A stretch of DNA of 64,000 bases from Candidatus Thorarchaeota archaeon (GCA_046758445.1 JBHIAE010000004.1:3518-67517), one strand, 5' to 3'; shown: positions 16,997 through 26,278, counted from the first letter of the stretch. The notes: generated by a model not told the origin, from the sequence alone. A program made the numbers and translations.

Positions 16997-18853
16997 CTAC
17001 CCAGAATCTTCAGCTTCCAATTCAGGCGATTTAGTCAATTCCAGCCACTTTTGCGTTTGCTCAATCTTATTTCGGGCTTCCTTCACTCTACGGGGATGAG
17101 CCTTCATCCACTTCTCCAGTATTCTTCGCTTTCTCTTGTCGTTGGGAGGTGCTTGAATCCCCCACATAGCAACATCCTCTTGACTACTAGTTGCCGTAGT
17201 CCATTTCACTGAAACTCGACCTGTCTGCTCAGAGTAGCTGATGTATGAAGGGTCCTGTTCCTTAGTCATAATACCATTGGCCAAACAGAGTTGTTTCTCG
17301 TCCTCAACAAAGCCTGAGGGATTGGTACGAACAATATAGTCCAACTCTTTCGCAGCCTTAGCGTCTGCTGAGTCCTCAGATTCCATCAAGCTCTCTAGCA
17401 TGGTAATAGACAACTCACGAAATCGGCCCTCAACAGCGTCCCTTCCGTATCTACGCTCAGTAGGTTTCCCATGCTTCTTAATGAAGTCAACTTGACTACC
17501 TGTCAGTCTTGACACGAATCTGTATTTGTCAGCCTTCAAAGGATCATGAAGAACTACAGAACGACTCCAAGTGATTCTTGCATAGTCCTTTGCATCCACT
17601 GCGACTGAGCCTTCTTCAGGAACTAGCTCACAAAGATACGCTAACTGAACCCGAGAAGAGCCATATTTAATCCAATCCGGTAGTCGGACTCCTTGCAGAA
17701 CCTTGTCCCCGACGGTCATTCCTAGTCTGGCCAAAAGACGCCCAATGATATTCGGAACGTGAAAACCACCCTCCGACTTGTTTCTGTTGCGTATAATTGG
17801 AGTTGCAACTTCTCCAATTCGCTGCAGCATCGATCTCACAATGGTGCGGCGAGTGGCATCGTTTTCATAGTAGAATATACGGTGACCAGATTCGATGCTC
17901 CCATCGGAAGCAACGATTGCAAAAAGCCTCGCCATCAATGTGATGAAATCCACTTCTATGAGGAACTTTGGTCTGACAATCTGCCTCCCTTGACCCAATC
18001 GAGTTATTCCAGACTCGACGTCTTTGAGCGACTTCCCTTGTGCGTCCATCAGCAGCTGAAGCGTTCTTCCTCGCAAATGAGCTGAGTTCGGAGTGAAATC
18101 GGAGATGATTCGCCCTTCTCGACCTGTTACCTTCTCTTGATAGTCAGCTAGCTGTCTTACGACGTTGCTGAGGTCATAATCCCCATTGAGGCCAAGAAAG
18201 TTACGTCCTTCGCGAGTAATTGGCTTTCTCTCTCTCTTGCCGAAGAAGAAGAGCTCATCCGCGAACAGGTTGAGATAGTTGAATTTGCGAGTGTCTTTGC
18301 GCCAAAAGTAGAGAAGCGATCCCACGACGGCTATCCGCATCTCCTCATCAGGGTTTACATCCAGCCCAAGATTCTTGTTCAGTTTCTCTTCTATCTGCTT
18401 ACGATTTGCTTGTATCGACTTTCGTACATCTAGCAGCCATCTTGGACCATGATTGTAGTTGTAGGGTTTCAAGTGAGCGAAGGCAACTCGTTGAATAGGA
18501 GTTCTGGCAAGAAGATGCTCTAGAGCCCTGGCCATCCTTCCCACACTGTGCCGTTTTCGGTTTCTAATTGAACGAAGAGCACGAAAGACTGTTGAGGAAT
18601 CGATAAGATTCTCGAGTGCTCTAGTTGGTTGTTTCGATTCTAGCTTCCTTCTCATGACCTCATTCTCGACCACTTGGTTGATCAATTCTGGAGTCCTTCT
18701 TCCTGAAACCCACGTCCTAGCAGTACCGAATGGCACGTCCTGAGCCATACGAGCCACTGCCGAATGAGAGAGCTCCGAGTCCTCTCTTCTAATACGCATG
18801 AGCCGAAAGTATTCCTTGACTGCATTCAACATCTTGGCGAACATCTTGGCCAA
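16997..18853 (-). CDS. large protein with two LAGLIDADG-like endonuclease motifs (homing-endonuclease-like core with long N- and C-terminal extensions)
   Basis: Motif 1 is LMARLFAIVASDGSIE. About 95 aa later, motif 2 is VQLAYLCELVPEEGSVAV, with a GGFHVPNIIGRLLARLG stretch between them. This spacing is typical of monomeric double-motif LAGLIDADG enzymes. There are no Hint/intein termini. Confidence 0.55.
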   Translation of the reverse strand: MAKMFAKMLNAVKEYFRLMRIRREDSELSHSAVARMAQDVPFGTARTWVSGRRTPELINQVVENEVMRRKLESKQPTRALENLIDSSTVFRALRSIRNRKRHSVGRMARALEHLLARTPIQRVAFAHLKPYNYNHGPRWLLDVRKSIQANRKQIEEKLNKNLGLDVNPDEEMRIAVVGSLLYFWRKDTRKFNYLNLFADELFFFGKRERKPITREGRNFLGLNGDYDLSNVVRQLADYQEKVTGREGRIISDFTPNSAHLRGRTLQLLMDAQGKSLKDVESGITRLGQGRQIVRPKFLIEVDFITLMARLFAIVASDGSIESGHRIFYYENDATRRTIVRSMLQRIGEVATPIIRNRNKSEGGFHVPNIIGRLLARLGMTVGDKVLQGVRLPDWIKYGSSRVQLAYLCELVPEEGSVAVDAKDYARITWSRSVVLHDPLKADKYRFVSRLTGSQVDFIKKHGKPTERRYGRDAVEGRFRELSITMLESLMESEDSADAKAAKELDYIVRTNPSGFVEDEKQLCLANGIMTKEQDPSYISYSEQTGRVSVKWTTATSSQEDVAMWGIQAPPNDKRKRRILEKWMKAHPRRVKEARNKIEQTQKWLELTKSPELEAEDSG

Positions 18854-18940
18854 CTAGCTAACTACATAGGGACCAACTCAGGAAGAGAAGTGGACAAGTC
18901 TGCATTGTTCAAGATATTCTATGGTGAAACAGAGGCTCCA

Positions 18941-19198
18941 ATGATTGAGGAGTGTATTCTCAACATGGAACTTGAGGTGAAGGAGATAATCGAGTTTCCA
19001 GATCACTTCATGGTTCTTGGAGATGCCGTGACATCTTATGTTGATGAAGAGAATATGACCGATAACAAACCAGACATGAAGAAGATGAATCCTGTCATAT
19101 ACACCGGAGCTGAAAAACGACCGACATATTGGGCACTGGGTGAAAAGCTTGGAGATGCGTTTCGAATAGCGAAGGACTTCAGGAAACTCAAGTCATAG
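18941..19198 (+). CDS. hypothetical small protein
   Basis: An ORF from the internal ATG at 18941 (MIEECILNMELEV...), which avoids overlap with the neighbouring gene start. No homology was recognised. Confidence 0.25.
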   Translation: MIEECILNMELEVKEIIEFPDHFMVLGDAVTSYVDEENMTDNKPDMKKMNPVIYTGAEKRPTYWALGEKLGDAFRIAKDFRKLKS

Positions 19199-19255
19199 AA
19201 CCGCATGTGGACATTAGCCATCTGATTCATGCTCTCGGTAAGGACTTTCTTTCTT

Positions 19256-19786
19256 CTAATCTCTGAGCTTCAGCTTGAAGACTCGCTCGAACTTGTCTAG
19301 TTTGGGCTTTATGACCAGCTGACAGTATCGTTGGTTTGGATTGCGACGGAAGTAGTCTTGGTGGTAGTCTTCAGCTTGGAAGAACTTGGTGAAAGGGACA
19401 ATCTCCGTCACAACTGGGTTATCCCAAACACCACTTTCATCGACACTCTTCTTGGCCCGTTCAGCTGCCTTTCTTTGTTCCTCATCGTGGAAGAAGATTA
19501 CCGAACGATACTGGGGACCTACATCGTTGCCTTGGCGGTTCGGTGTTGTGGGATCGTGAATCTCGAAGAACGCCTCGAGTAGCTCGTCGTAGCTTATTTG
19601 CTCTGGGTCATACTCGATCCGGCAGACTTCTGCATGACCAGTTCTGCCTGTGGTGACCTGTTTGTAGCTTGGATTCTCAACATGCCCACCTGAATATCCT
19701 GATACTACAGATTCTACTCCTTTCAGTTGCTGGAATGCTGCTTCTACACACCAGAAACAACCGGCTCCAAATGTAGCAACTTCCAT
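19256..19786 (-). CDS. msrA: peptide methionine sulfoxide reductase MsrA
   Basis: Contains the active-site ATFGAGCFWC motif and a conserved MsrA core (GYSGG, HDPTT, QGNDVGPQYRS). Confidence 0.9.
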   Translation of the reverse strand: MEVATFGAGCFWCVEAAFQQLKGVESVVSGYSGGHVENPSYKQVTTGRTGHAEVCRIEYDPEQISYDELLEAFFEIHDPTTPNRQGNDVGPQYRSVIFFHDEEQRKAAERAKKSVDESGVWDNPVVTEIVPFTKFFQAEDYHQDYFRRNPNQRYCQLVIKPKLDKFERVFKLKLRD

Positions 19787-19885
19787 GCTCTACACTCTCA
19801 TTTTGGGTTAATCAACTGCTGGAAAGGGGCAGAAGCATCCAGGCCAGCCGCTTCATACATCTTTTGCGGTCAATCATACACATAT

Positions 19886-21202
19886 TCAGAACCACTCAAC
19901 GTATTCTGGCGAGTTCATCACCCTGACGTCTGACGGCAGATGAATATGATTCCCAAAGAATCTTGAGAACTCCCGCGAACCGGATTCATATACCCAACCA
20001 CAAACGGCAAAGGACTTGTGACCGTTTATGGCCTCCACCCAGTAGCTCCTAACCACATCTGCGTCACCAATTGAATCATACCACTGGAGCTCATAGGTGA
20101 GCACTCCTTGGTCAGCAAGCGACATGATCACATCTATGGCAGTGACCACGCCATCCTGAAATGTATCGTTCCTGAGATTGCGGGCAGTCACAACAACATC
20201 TCGGCCATAGATCTCGACTTGTTCACTGCTGATGAACACCTCTGGTATGATTGCCTGACCGTTGTTGTCATTGAGTCTTGCCACTTCGTTTCTGAATACC
20301 GAGTATATCATGTCGATGCGAGATGGGATTTCAGGCATGAACCGAAGCTCTGTTCCCTCATTCCAGGGGTAGTGGTCCATGCGAAAGGCATTCATCTCGA
20401 ACCACCCACCGCTGTAGATTACTCCGTACCACCAGTTGGATTCGCCCTCTAGAGTGTCGATGACATGAGTGTTCATCGATTCATCAAAATGGTACTCCAG
20501 CTCAACAACACTTCGATTGGCGAGATGGACAAGAACATCAAACACCGAGAACTTGCCAGGTCTGAATATGTCCAGTCTGACTGTCGTCACTTGAGTCGAG
20601 TCGAACCCGTAAGTCGATGCTCCAATGGTCACCCGTGCATCCGGAGTATAGCCATTCGTAGGTACGGTGACAGGACCTCCCGGAAATGGGTTGGTATCTC
20701 TGGCCACATCCAAGTACACAGTGCTGAAGAGCAGAGAGATGGCCAGACCAGCAACAATCACCCCGACCAGAGGGCCCTTCATCCTTCTTCGCATCATAAG
20801 GAACCTGATACCGACTGCCACATGAATGATGATTGCACTCACAAGGAGGACGTCAAAGACTCGATGAAACTCGAAGGGTACTACATCTTCAAGGACTTGG
20901 GCAAAGACCTCGTAACCATTGAGCCCAGGAAGAACCATAGAGATTAGGAAGAGAACAATCAAAATAGCTGAAAGCCTTTGAATGATTCTAAGAGCATGAA
21001 CTGATGTAGCCCTTCGGGTCTTGACCTTTTCGACATTCTTACGCCAGTTGAACCCATAGAATCTCAATGTGATGCCGACATGAAGAATGAGAACTGAGAG
21101 AAAGACTATCTCGAAGAGCCGATGGACTAGGGAGAGAAGATGCCTGTCCTGAAACCACCCAGTCCCCTGGCTATACCCTGTAAAGATCGTCAGTGCGGAC
21201 AC
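19886..21202 (-). CDS. membrane protein with an N-terminal His-rich polytopic domain (possibly b-type cytochrome-like) and a C-terminal extracytoplasmic domain
   Basis: There are 4-5 N-terminal TM helices carrying intramembrane His residues (LHVGITL, VHALRI, FHRVFD, IHVAVG), followed by a ~250-aa soluble domain. Confidence 0.55.
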   Translation of the reverse strand: MSALTIFTGYSQGTGWFQDRHLLSLVHRLFEIVFLSVLILHVGITLRFYGFNWRKNVEKVKTRRATSVHALRIIQRLSAILIVLFLISMVLPGLNGYEVFAQVLEDVVPFEFHRVFDVLLVSAIIIHVAVGIRFLMMRRRMKGPLVGVIVAGLAISLLFSTVYLDVARDTNPFPGGPVTVPTNGYTPDARVTIGASTYGFDSTQVTTVRLDIFRPGKFSVFDVLVHLANRSVVELEYHFDESMNTHVIDTLEGESNWWYGVIYSGGWFEMNAFRMDHYPWNEGTELRFMPEIPSRIDMIYSVFRNEVARLNDNNGQAIIPEVFISSEQVEIYGRDVVVTARNLRNDTFQDGVVTAIDVIMSLADQGVLTYELQWYDSIGDADVVRSYWVEAINGHKSFAVCGWVYESGSREFSRFFGNHIHLPSDVRVMNSPEYVEWF

Positions 21203-21456
21203 TAGAGCGAGCTACCAAGAGAGAAGACGATGTAGTCGTATCGTTGGCTTCGTCATGGATTTCGGTTTCAAACTGTAACTACGATTAATAACCGTTGGCG
21301 GTGACATTGAACGATTTCTTTGTCGCCGGGAAGTGCCGGATGCAATCCTCTGCGTACCACGTTTCTGAAACCGTTCCATCACCCTGGCCAAAACCGTGAA
21401 ATGGGCTTTTGTACAACGACTCTCCGTCATTCCGTGCACAAGGAGGATGATTACTG

Positions 21457-22869
21457 TTGGAGCTTGATGATAGCGCTAAGATTCTATCTGACTTTGGGCT
21501 AACGCCCTATGAGGCCAAGGTCTACCTTGCTGCTGTCAGGCTTGGCCTGACCTCGGCGAGCAGAATCTCGAAAGTGACGAACATTAGAAGAGAAGAGGTC
21601 TATAGGACTCTCCCCAAACTCGAGAACGCCGGATTGATTGATAGAGTGCTTGGCAGGCCAGTCAAGGTGAGAGCTCTTCCAATGGAAGATGCCCTGACGA
21701 TGCTAATCAAGAGAAAGGAAGAGGAGGCAGAGAGAGAGAAATCTGAATTGATTGTGAGGAAGAAAGTCCTTCTCGATAGCCTCCAAGAAGAGAGTTTCAT
21801 GATTGAACCAGAGGAGCATGATTCTCATTTCATACTGGTATCTGAGAAGGATGCTGTCACAACTAGGATTACGTCTCTGATTAATGGCACTGAGAATGAG
21901 ATAGAAGTGGTGGATTCCAGTGACAACATCATACGATTCATCATGCAATATTCTGACGATTTGGAGAAGGCGCATAAGAGAAATGTCAGTTTGAGGATAC
22001 TCACTGAGTGTCCGGACGATGAGAGTCTGATACCGAATAGCTTTCAGAAACACCTGCCTGAAGGCTCCTTCATTCTCAAGTATGTCGATGACCTCCCCGG
22101 TCGTTACATACTCTTTGATGGTAGTGAAGCAATGCTCACTACATCAGCCAGAGGAACTTTCTCAGACAGTAAGTCTCTTTGGACAGACGATAGTAATCTG
22201 GTGGCACTAATCAGAAGCAACTTCCAGGATCAACTTGAGAGTGCTCAGGACTGGGAATCGTTTAGGTGGTCATCTTCTGAGAGAATGGACCGCATCCTTA
22301 GCCGACTGAAACCCAGAGACCATGCAATCCTTGTCTATGATTCTTCGAGTGCGAAGCACTACACGCTATTCAACTACATCAAGCAAGGTCTGGAGAACGG
22401 TGAGGCCGCCACGTACGTCTGTTACGAAGAGTCACCACGCCAGATTAGAGATGCAATGAGGGATTTTGGTCTGGAATTGAACAAGTGGGAGAAGGCTGGA
22501 GCTCTGAATGTGATCAACTATACTGACATCTACATACGTGATGGTCACTTTAGTATAGAAGACGTCATGGACTCTTGGGGAAGGCTCTACGAAGAGGCTA
22601 TCTCCAATGGTTTCAAGGGCATGAGAGTCACCGGCGAGATGGGCTGCTTCATGGAACATTCGTTGGTCGAGGAGTTGATAGAGTACGAGAAAGCGTTGCA
22701 CACTATCCTTGACATTCCGATGACCGCCATCTGTGCCTATAACGCCGAGATTCTAGCGAGAGTCGACAGACCTATTGACGTCTATTCGGAGCTCGTCAAG
22801 GCACATGGGAAGGTGCTGTTTGCCGAGAGAGGCGGCACCGCTGAAGAAATAGAGATTCGCATCACCTAA
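21457..22869 (+). CDS. TrmB-family HTH regulator fused to a MEDS-like sensory domain
   Basis: An N-terminal TrmB-type wHTH (LTPYEAKVYLAAVRLGLTSASRISKVTNIRREEVYRTLPKLENAGLI) precedes a C-terminal DcmR/MEDS-like region (HAILVYDSSSAKHYTLFNYIKQGLENGEAATYVCYEESP). The TTG start has an AAGGAGG ribosome-binding site. Confidence 0.65.
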   Translation: MELDDSAKILSDFGLTPYEAKVYLAAVRLGLTSASRISKVTNIRREEVYRTLPKLENAGLIDRVLGRPVKVRALPMEDALTMLIKRKEEEAEREKSELIVRKKVLLDSLQEESFMIEPEEHDSHFILVSEKDAVTTRITSLINGTENEIEVVDSSDNIIRFIMQYSDDLEKAHKRNVSLRILTECPDDESLIPNSFQKHLPEGSFILKYVDDLPGRYILFDGSEAMLTTSARGTFSDSKSLWTDDSNLVALIRSNFQDQLESAQDWESFRWSSSERMDRILSRLKPRDHAILVYDSSSAKHYTLFNYIKQGLENGEAATYVCYEESPRQIRDAMRDFGLELNKWEKAGALNVINYTDIYIRDGHFSIEDVMDSWGRLYEEAISNGFKGMRVTGEMGCFMEHSLVEELIEYEKALHTILDIPMTAICAYNAEILARVDRPIDVYSELVKAHGKVLFAERGGTAEEIEIRIT

Positions 22870-22889
22870 GACTTCGTTTCACCATGCGG

Positions 22890-23135
22890 CTACGCGGGAA
22901 TGTAGATGAATTGCCTCATGTCCATTAGACATGGTATACGTCTGACCAGATTGTTCTTGAGCAGCTTTCTTAGGGCGTACCTGACAGTCCTTGGTGCAAA
23001 AGACACCTCTTCCATGAGTTCCTTTGGAGTCACACCATTTCTGCCTCGCTTTCGCAAAAGATCAAGCACAATGCTCTGGCTCTTCGTCAGCTTGATGTAC
23101 TTGAGCTCCTCTGTCAGGCGTTCATTACTCATCAA
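22890..23135 (-). CDS. small winged-HTH DNA-binding protein
   Basis: An 81-aa protein. SIVLDLLRKRGRNGVTPKELMEEVSFAPRTVRYALRKLLKNNLV resembles a MarR/ArsR-like wHTH. It is a paralog of the ORF at 57735..58022. Confidence 0.5.
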   Translation of the reverse strand: MMSNERLTEELKYIKLTKSQSIVLDLLRKRGRNGVTPKELMEEVSFAPRTVRYALRKLLKNNLVRRIPCLMDMRQFIYIPA

Positions 23136-23332
23136 GGTTCAATCACCCCTTTTTACAGCTCCTTCGCTTTCTAAATTATGATTTAAGCATATGTGACTGT
23201 GTTGTCACAGATACATTCTCGGTATGAGGGTTAGTAACTTCAGAAATGCCGCTACGCAGCGAGTATTCACCGACAGGACTATGTGTCGGATTGCATTGAG
23301 AAACGAAGCAATCTGGAAGGAGGCGACACAAG

Positions 23333-23804
23333 TTGAAACTCAATGCGAAGAACCCAGAGACCCTTCTTGACTCCATCAATGTGGGAGTTGTCATGATTGA
23401 TCCTGATGACCGCATTGTCGTCTTCAACCGAATGGCAGGAGAAACGCTCCAACAGGATCATGGAAAGCAGAAATGGGACCTCGATTCTTCTTTGCCATCC
23501 AGAGAGATTGGAGGCTGAAGTCCTGAAGATGATTGGGTAGATGAGAATCGGTGAGCTGAAAGAGTATGAGGGCAGGGTCAACTTTGCGGGTAGAGTTCTA
23601 TACGAGTACGTCTATCCTCTATGGAGTGAGGACGGCGAAAACATGGGTGCCATAGCCGCGCTTCATGACGAGGGAGAGAGGGCAGAGTATCTGAAGAGCA
23701 AGGGTGAATGGAAAGCCCCAGAAATGTACGGGCTAGGTGAGAGCTCGCCGCGCAGTCCTCGTCCAGACTGCTCCGTTTTGATAATAGACACGCCACTTGA
23801 TTGA
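23333..23804 (+). pseudogene. PAS-domain sensor gene disrupted by a frameshift and an in-frame TAG
   Basis: The PAS N-terminus (LLDSINVGVVMIDPDDRIVVFNRMAGETL) is in one frame. The middle (GTSILLCHPERLEAEVLKMIG) is in a second frame and ends at a TAG. The C-terminus (MRIGELKEYEGRVNFAGRVLYEYVYPLWSEDGENMGAIAALHDE) continues in that same second frame after the TAG. Confidence 0.35.
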
Positions 23805-23806
23805 GT

Positions 23807-26194
23807 CTACCGATACTCTCCGTACTCCTTCAGAGTTTCAGCCATCTCTCGAAGGCGCTCGTTGACCATGTAACTAACGGTTCCCTCTTCAAAGGTTCCG
23901 TCGGGATTCCGTTGTCCAGCCTTGACACCTGTGAGAATCTCGATTCCTTCATCGATTGTTTCCACAGCAAAGATATGAAATTTGTCGGACTCGACTGCCT
24001 CAACGACCTCTTCCTTGAGCATCAGATTCTGAATATTGCTTCTCGGAATGATGACTCCTTGTTCGCCGGTTAGACCCTTTGCCTTACAGACCTCGAAGTA
24101 TCCCTCAATCTTCTCATTGACTCCGCCAATTGGTTGGACATCACCGTTCTGGTTGACTGAACCCGTGACTGCATAGCACTGCTTGATTGGAAGTCCCGAA
24201 AGGACTGAGAGAATAGCGTACAGCTCAGTGCTAGAGGCACTGTCACCATCGACGCCAGAGTAGCTCTGTTCAAAGACTAGGCGCGCTGAGAGCCCTAGAG
24301 GCTTGTCATGGGCATAAGTCTTGGAGAGGTAGCCACCAAGTATCATGACTCCCTTAGTATGGATAGGTCCGCCCAGGTTCGATTCTCTTGCAACATCAAC
24401 GATTCCATGTCTTCCGACACCAACACTAGCCGTGACCCTTGAAGGACCACCGAATCTGATATCGCCAAATGTCATGACAGTAAGTCCATTGATCTGCCCA
24501 ATCTTCTCACCTTCAGTGGCAATGAGAATAGTTCCTCGTTCGATCATCTCCTGAATCTTCTCTTGAATCAGGTTAGACCTGTACACCTTCTCCTCGATGG
24601 CCTTCTTCACGTGACTACCTTTGACATATTCAGAGTCGTCATTCTCTGCATAGAATGTAGCCTCGCGCACAATGTCAGCCACCTCTGCGAATTTCGTAGA
24701 CAACTTGTTCTGGTCGTCAGCAAGACGTGAGCTGTGCTCAACGACCTTTGAGATGGCATCGGCATCTAGGTGTTTCAAACCCTCTTTCCCACACACTGAG
24801 GCCATTGCTGATGCATACTTGAATATGTTCTCATCATTTCGTTCCATCGTCGTGTCGAAGTGAGCCTTGACCTTGAACAGTTCTTTGAAGTCCTCATCCC
24901 GAGTGTAGAGGAGTTCATAGATTGATGCACTGCCAATCAACACATCTTTGACCCTCAACTTGATTGGTTCTGGTTTCAGGCCCCTGGTTGATATGATGCC
25001 GGAGGACAGGGGTATGTCCTCAATGACAATTTCGCCGTTCTTCAGTGCTCTCTTGAGTCCTTCCCGTGCCATGGGGGTACGCAAGAGGTCCTCTGCAGGA
25101 ATCATCAAATACCCACCATTTGCTCTGTGAAGGCTGCCCGGTTGAATCATGGTGAAGTCAGTCATGAGAACACCGAATCTGGCCTCTTTCTCTACTCTGC
25201 CAAAAAGGTTCAGATAGGTTGGATTCAGCTCTGAGATAACAGGTGCCCCGCTTAGACCCTGATTGTCAACTAGAATATTCACTTCATACTTCTTGAAGAA
25301 CTGTTCCTTCGCCACAACACCCTCGCGAGAAGGAGGAGGAGCATCGGGAGCCTCCAGAAACTGCGAGATGTTCTCAAGGATGTCCTTCTCAACTGCATCG
25401 ATGTGCTGTACAACCTCTTTGTTGTCTGAGAACTTCTCTTTCAGATCCGTCACAAAGTGGTCAATAGCGTAGAGTGCAGATTCTTGGTTCAAGCGATCCA
25501 ACTCAGACTTGACCGTTTTGTCAATCTTCCGAAGTTCTCTCATTGCGTTTCGCAGGTCGATGTTCAGTTCATCTCGTTCCTTGGAGATCTCTTGGATTGC
25601 CTCCGGGCTCAGTGATCTCATGTCCTCATCACTGAGAGGTTGACCCTCTACCAAGGGAACAATCAATAGTCCACTCGGGGAGCTTTGGAGAACGAATCCC
25701 TTCTTCTGGGCGATCTTGTTAATCTGAGAGAAAAGCGTGTCTCGAGTTGTCTGTGCAGATCTTAGAACAGCCTCTCTTTTGGTGATGTATTCTTCACTCT
25801 CGAATACTTCTGGAAGGACCTTCCGGGCGTTCTCCAGTAATTCACTCATGTCCTTCTGAAACTCCCTGGCCATCCCTTGCGCAAGTTCGATTGCGTGAGG
25901 TTCAGATGAACTCTGGAAGTTGTGGACGTAGCACCAGTCTGAAGGTGCTGGTTCGTCTTTGGCCTTCTCTTCAAGGAATCCTGTCACGGTTGTCGTCTTG
26001 CCAGTACCCGGTTGTCCCGCAGCGAAAATGTTGAAACCATGTTCACCAATACCCAAGCCGAATGTCATTGCCTTCAGTGCTCTCTCTTGCCCAATCATCT
26101 CATCAAGAGGCGAGAGCTCGGCAGTCGTCTTGCATGGCAAGAGCTCAGGCCTCTGAGTTCTTCTCAAACTCTCAAGAGGAAGTTCTTCAGTCAT
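23807..26194 (-). CDS. Lon-related ATP-dependent protease (COG1067-type; AAA+ module plus S16 Lon proteolytic domain)
   Basis: Contains the Walker A motif AAGQPGTGKTT and a C-terminal Lon S16 domain (VDGDSASSTELYAILSVLSGLPIKQCYAVTGSVNQNGDVQPIGGVNEKIEG). The length is 795 aa. Confidence 0.8.
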   Translation of the reverse strand: MTEELPLESLRRTQRPELLPCKTTAELSPLDEMIGQERALKAMTFGLGIGEHGFNIFAAGQPGTGKTTTVTGFLEEKAKDEPAPSDWCYVHNFQSSSEPHAIELAQGMAREFQKDMSELLENARKVLPEVFESEEYITKREAVLRSAQTTRDTLFSQINKIAQKKGFVLQSSPSGLLIVPLVEGQPLSDEDMRSLSPEAIQEISKERDELNIDLRNAMRELRKIDKTVKSELDRLNQESALYAIDHFVTDLKEKFSDNKEVVQHIDAVEKDILENISQFLEAPDAPPPSREGVVAKEQFFKKYEVNILVDNQGLSGAPVISELNPTYLNLFGRVEKEARFGVLMTDFTMIQPGSLHRANGGYLMIPAEDLLRTPMAREGLKRALKNGEIVIEDIPLSSGIISTRGLKPEPIKLRVKDVLIGSASIYELLYTRDEDFKELFKVKAHFDTTMERNDENIFKYASAMASVCGKEGLKHLDADAISKVVEHSSRLADDQNKLSTKFAEVADIVREATFYAENDDSEYVKGSHVKKAIEEKVYRSNLIQEKIQEMIERGTILIATEGEKIGQINGLTVMTFGDIRFGGPSRVTASVGVGRHGIVDVARESNLGGPIHTKGVMILGGYLSKTYAHDKPLGLSARLVFEQSYSGVDGDSASSTELYAILSVLSGLPIKQCYAVTGSVNQNGDVQPIGGVNEKIEGYFEVCKAKGLTGEQGVIIPRSNIQNLMLKEEVVEAVESDKFHIFAVETIDEGIEILTGVKAGQRNPDGTFEEGTVSYMVNERLREMAETLKEYGEYR

Positions 26195-26278
26195 ATAGAA
26201 TCATCTTCGATGTAAAACCATCGTCAATACACCGTCTTCCGAAGAGTTTCTAACGTCAGCAACGTGATGCAGAATCTG

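Noticed and set aside
21202-21457. 255-nt intergenic region upstream of the TrmB-MEDS gene, checked for an RNA gene or repeats
   Set aside because: No cloverleaf, no repeats, no convincing hairpin. It is interpreted as a long 5' UTR or promoter region ending in an AAGGAGG ribosome-binding site.
23516-23540. In-frame TAG inside the PAS gene considered as a possible pyrrolysine codon
   Set aside because: The same gene also needs a frameshift. Other genes in the window terminate with ordinary TAG stops. No pyl genes are visible here. Pseudogenisation or a sequencing error is more parsimonious.
23807-26194. Considered calling the Lon-like protease BrxL (a BREX defence component)
   Set aside because: No PglX, PglZ, BrxA/B/C or other BREX genes are present in the window. 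The family assignment is kept generic (COG1067 Lon-related).
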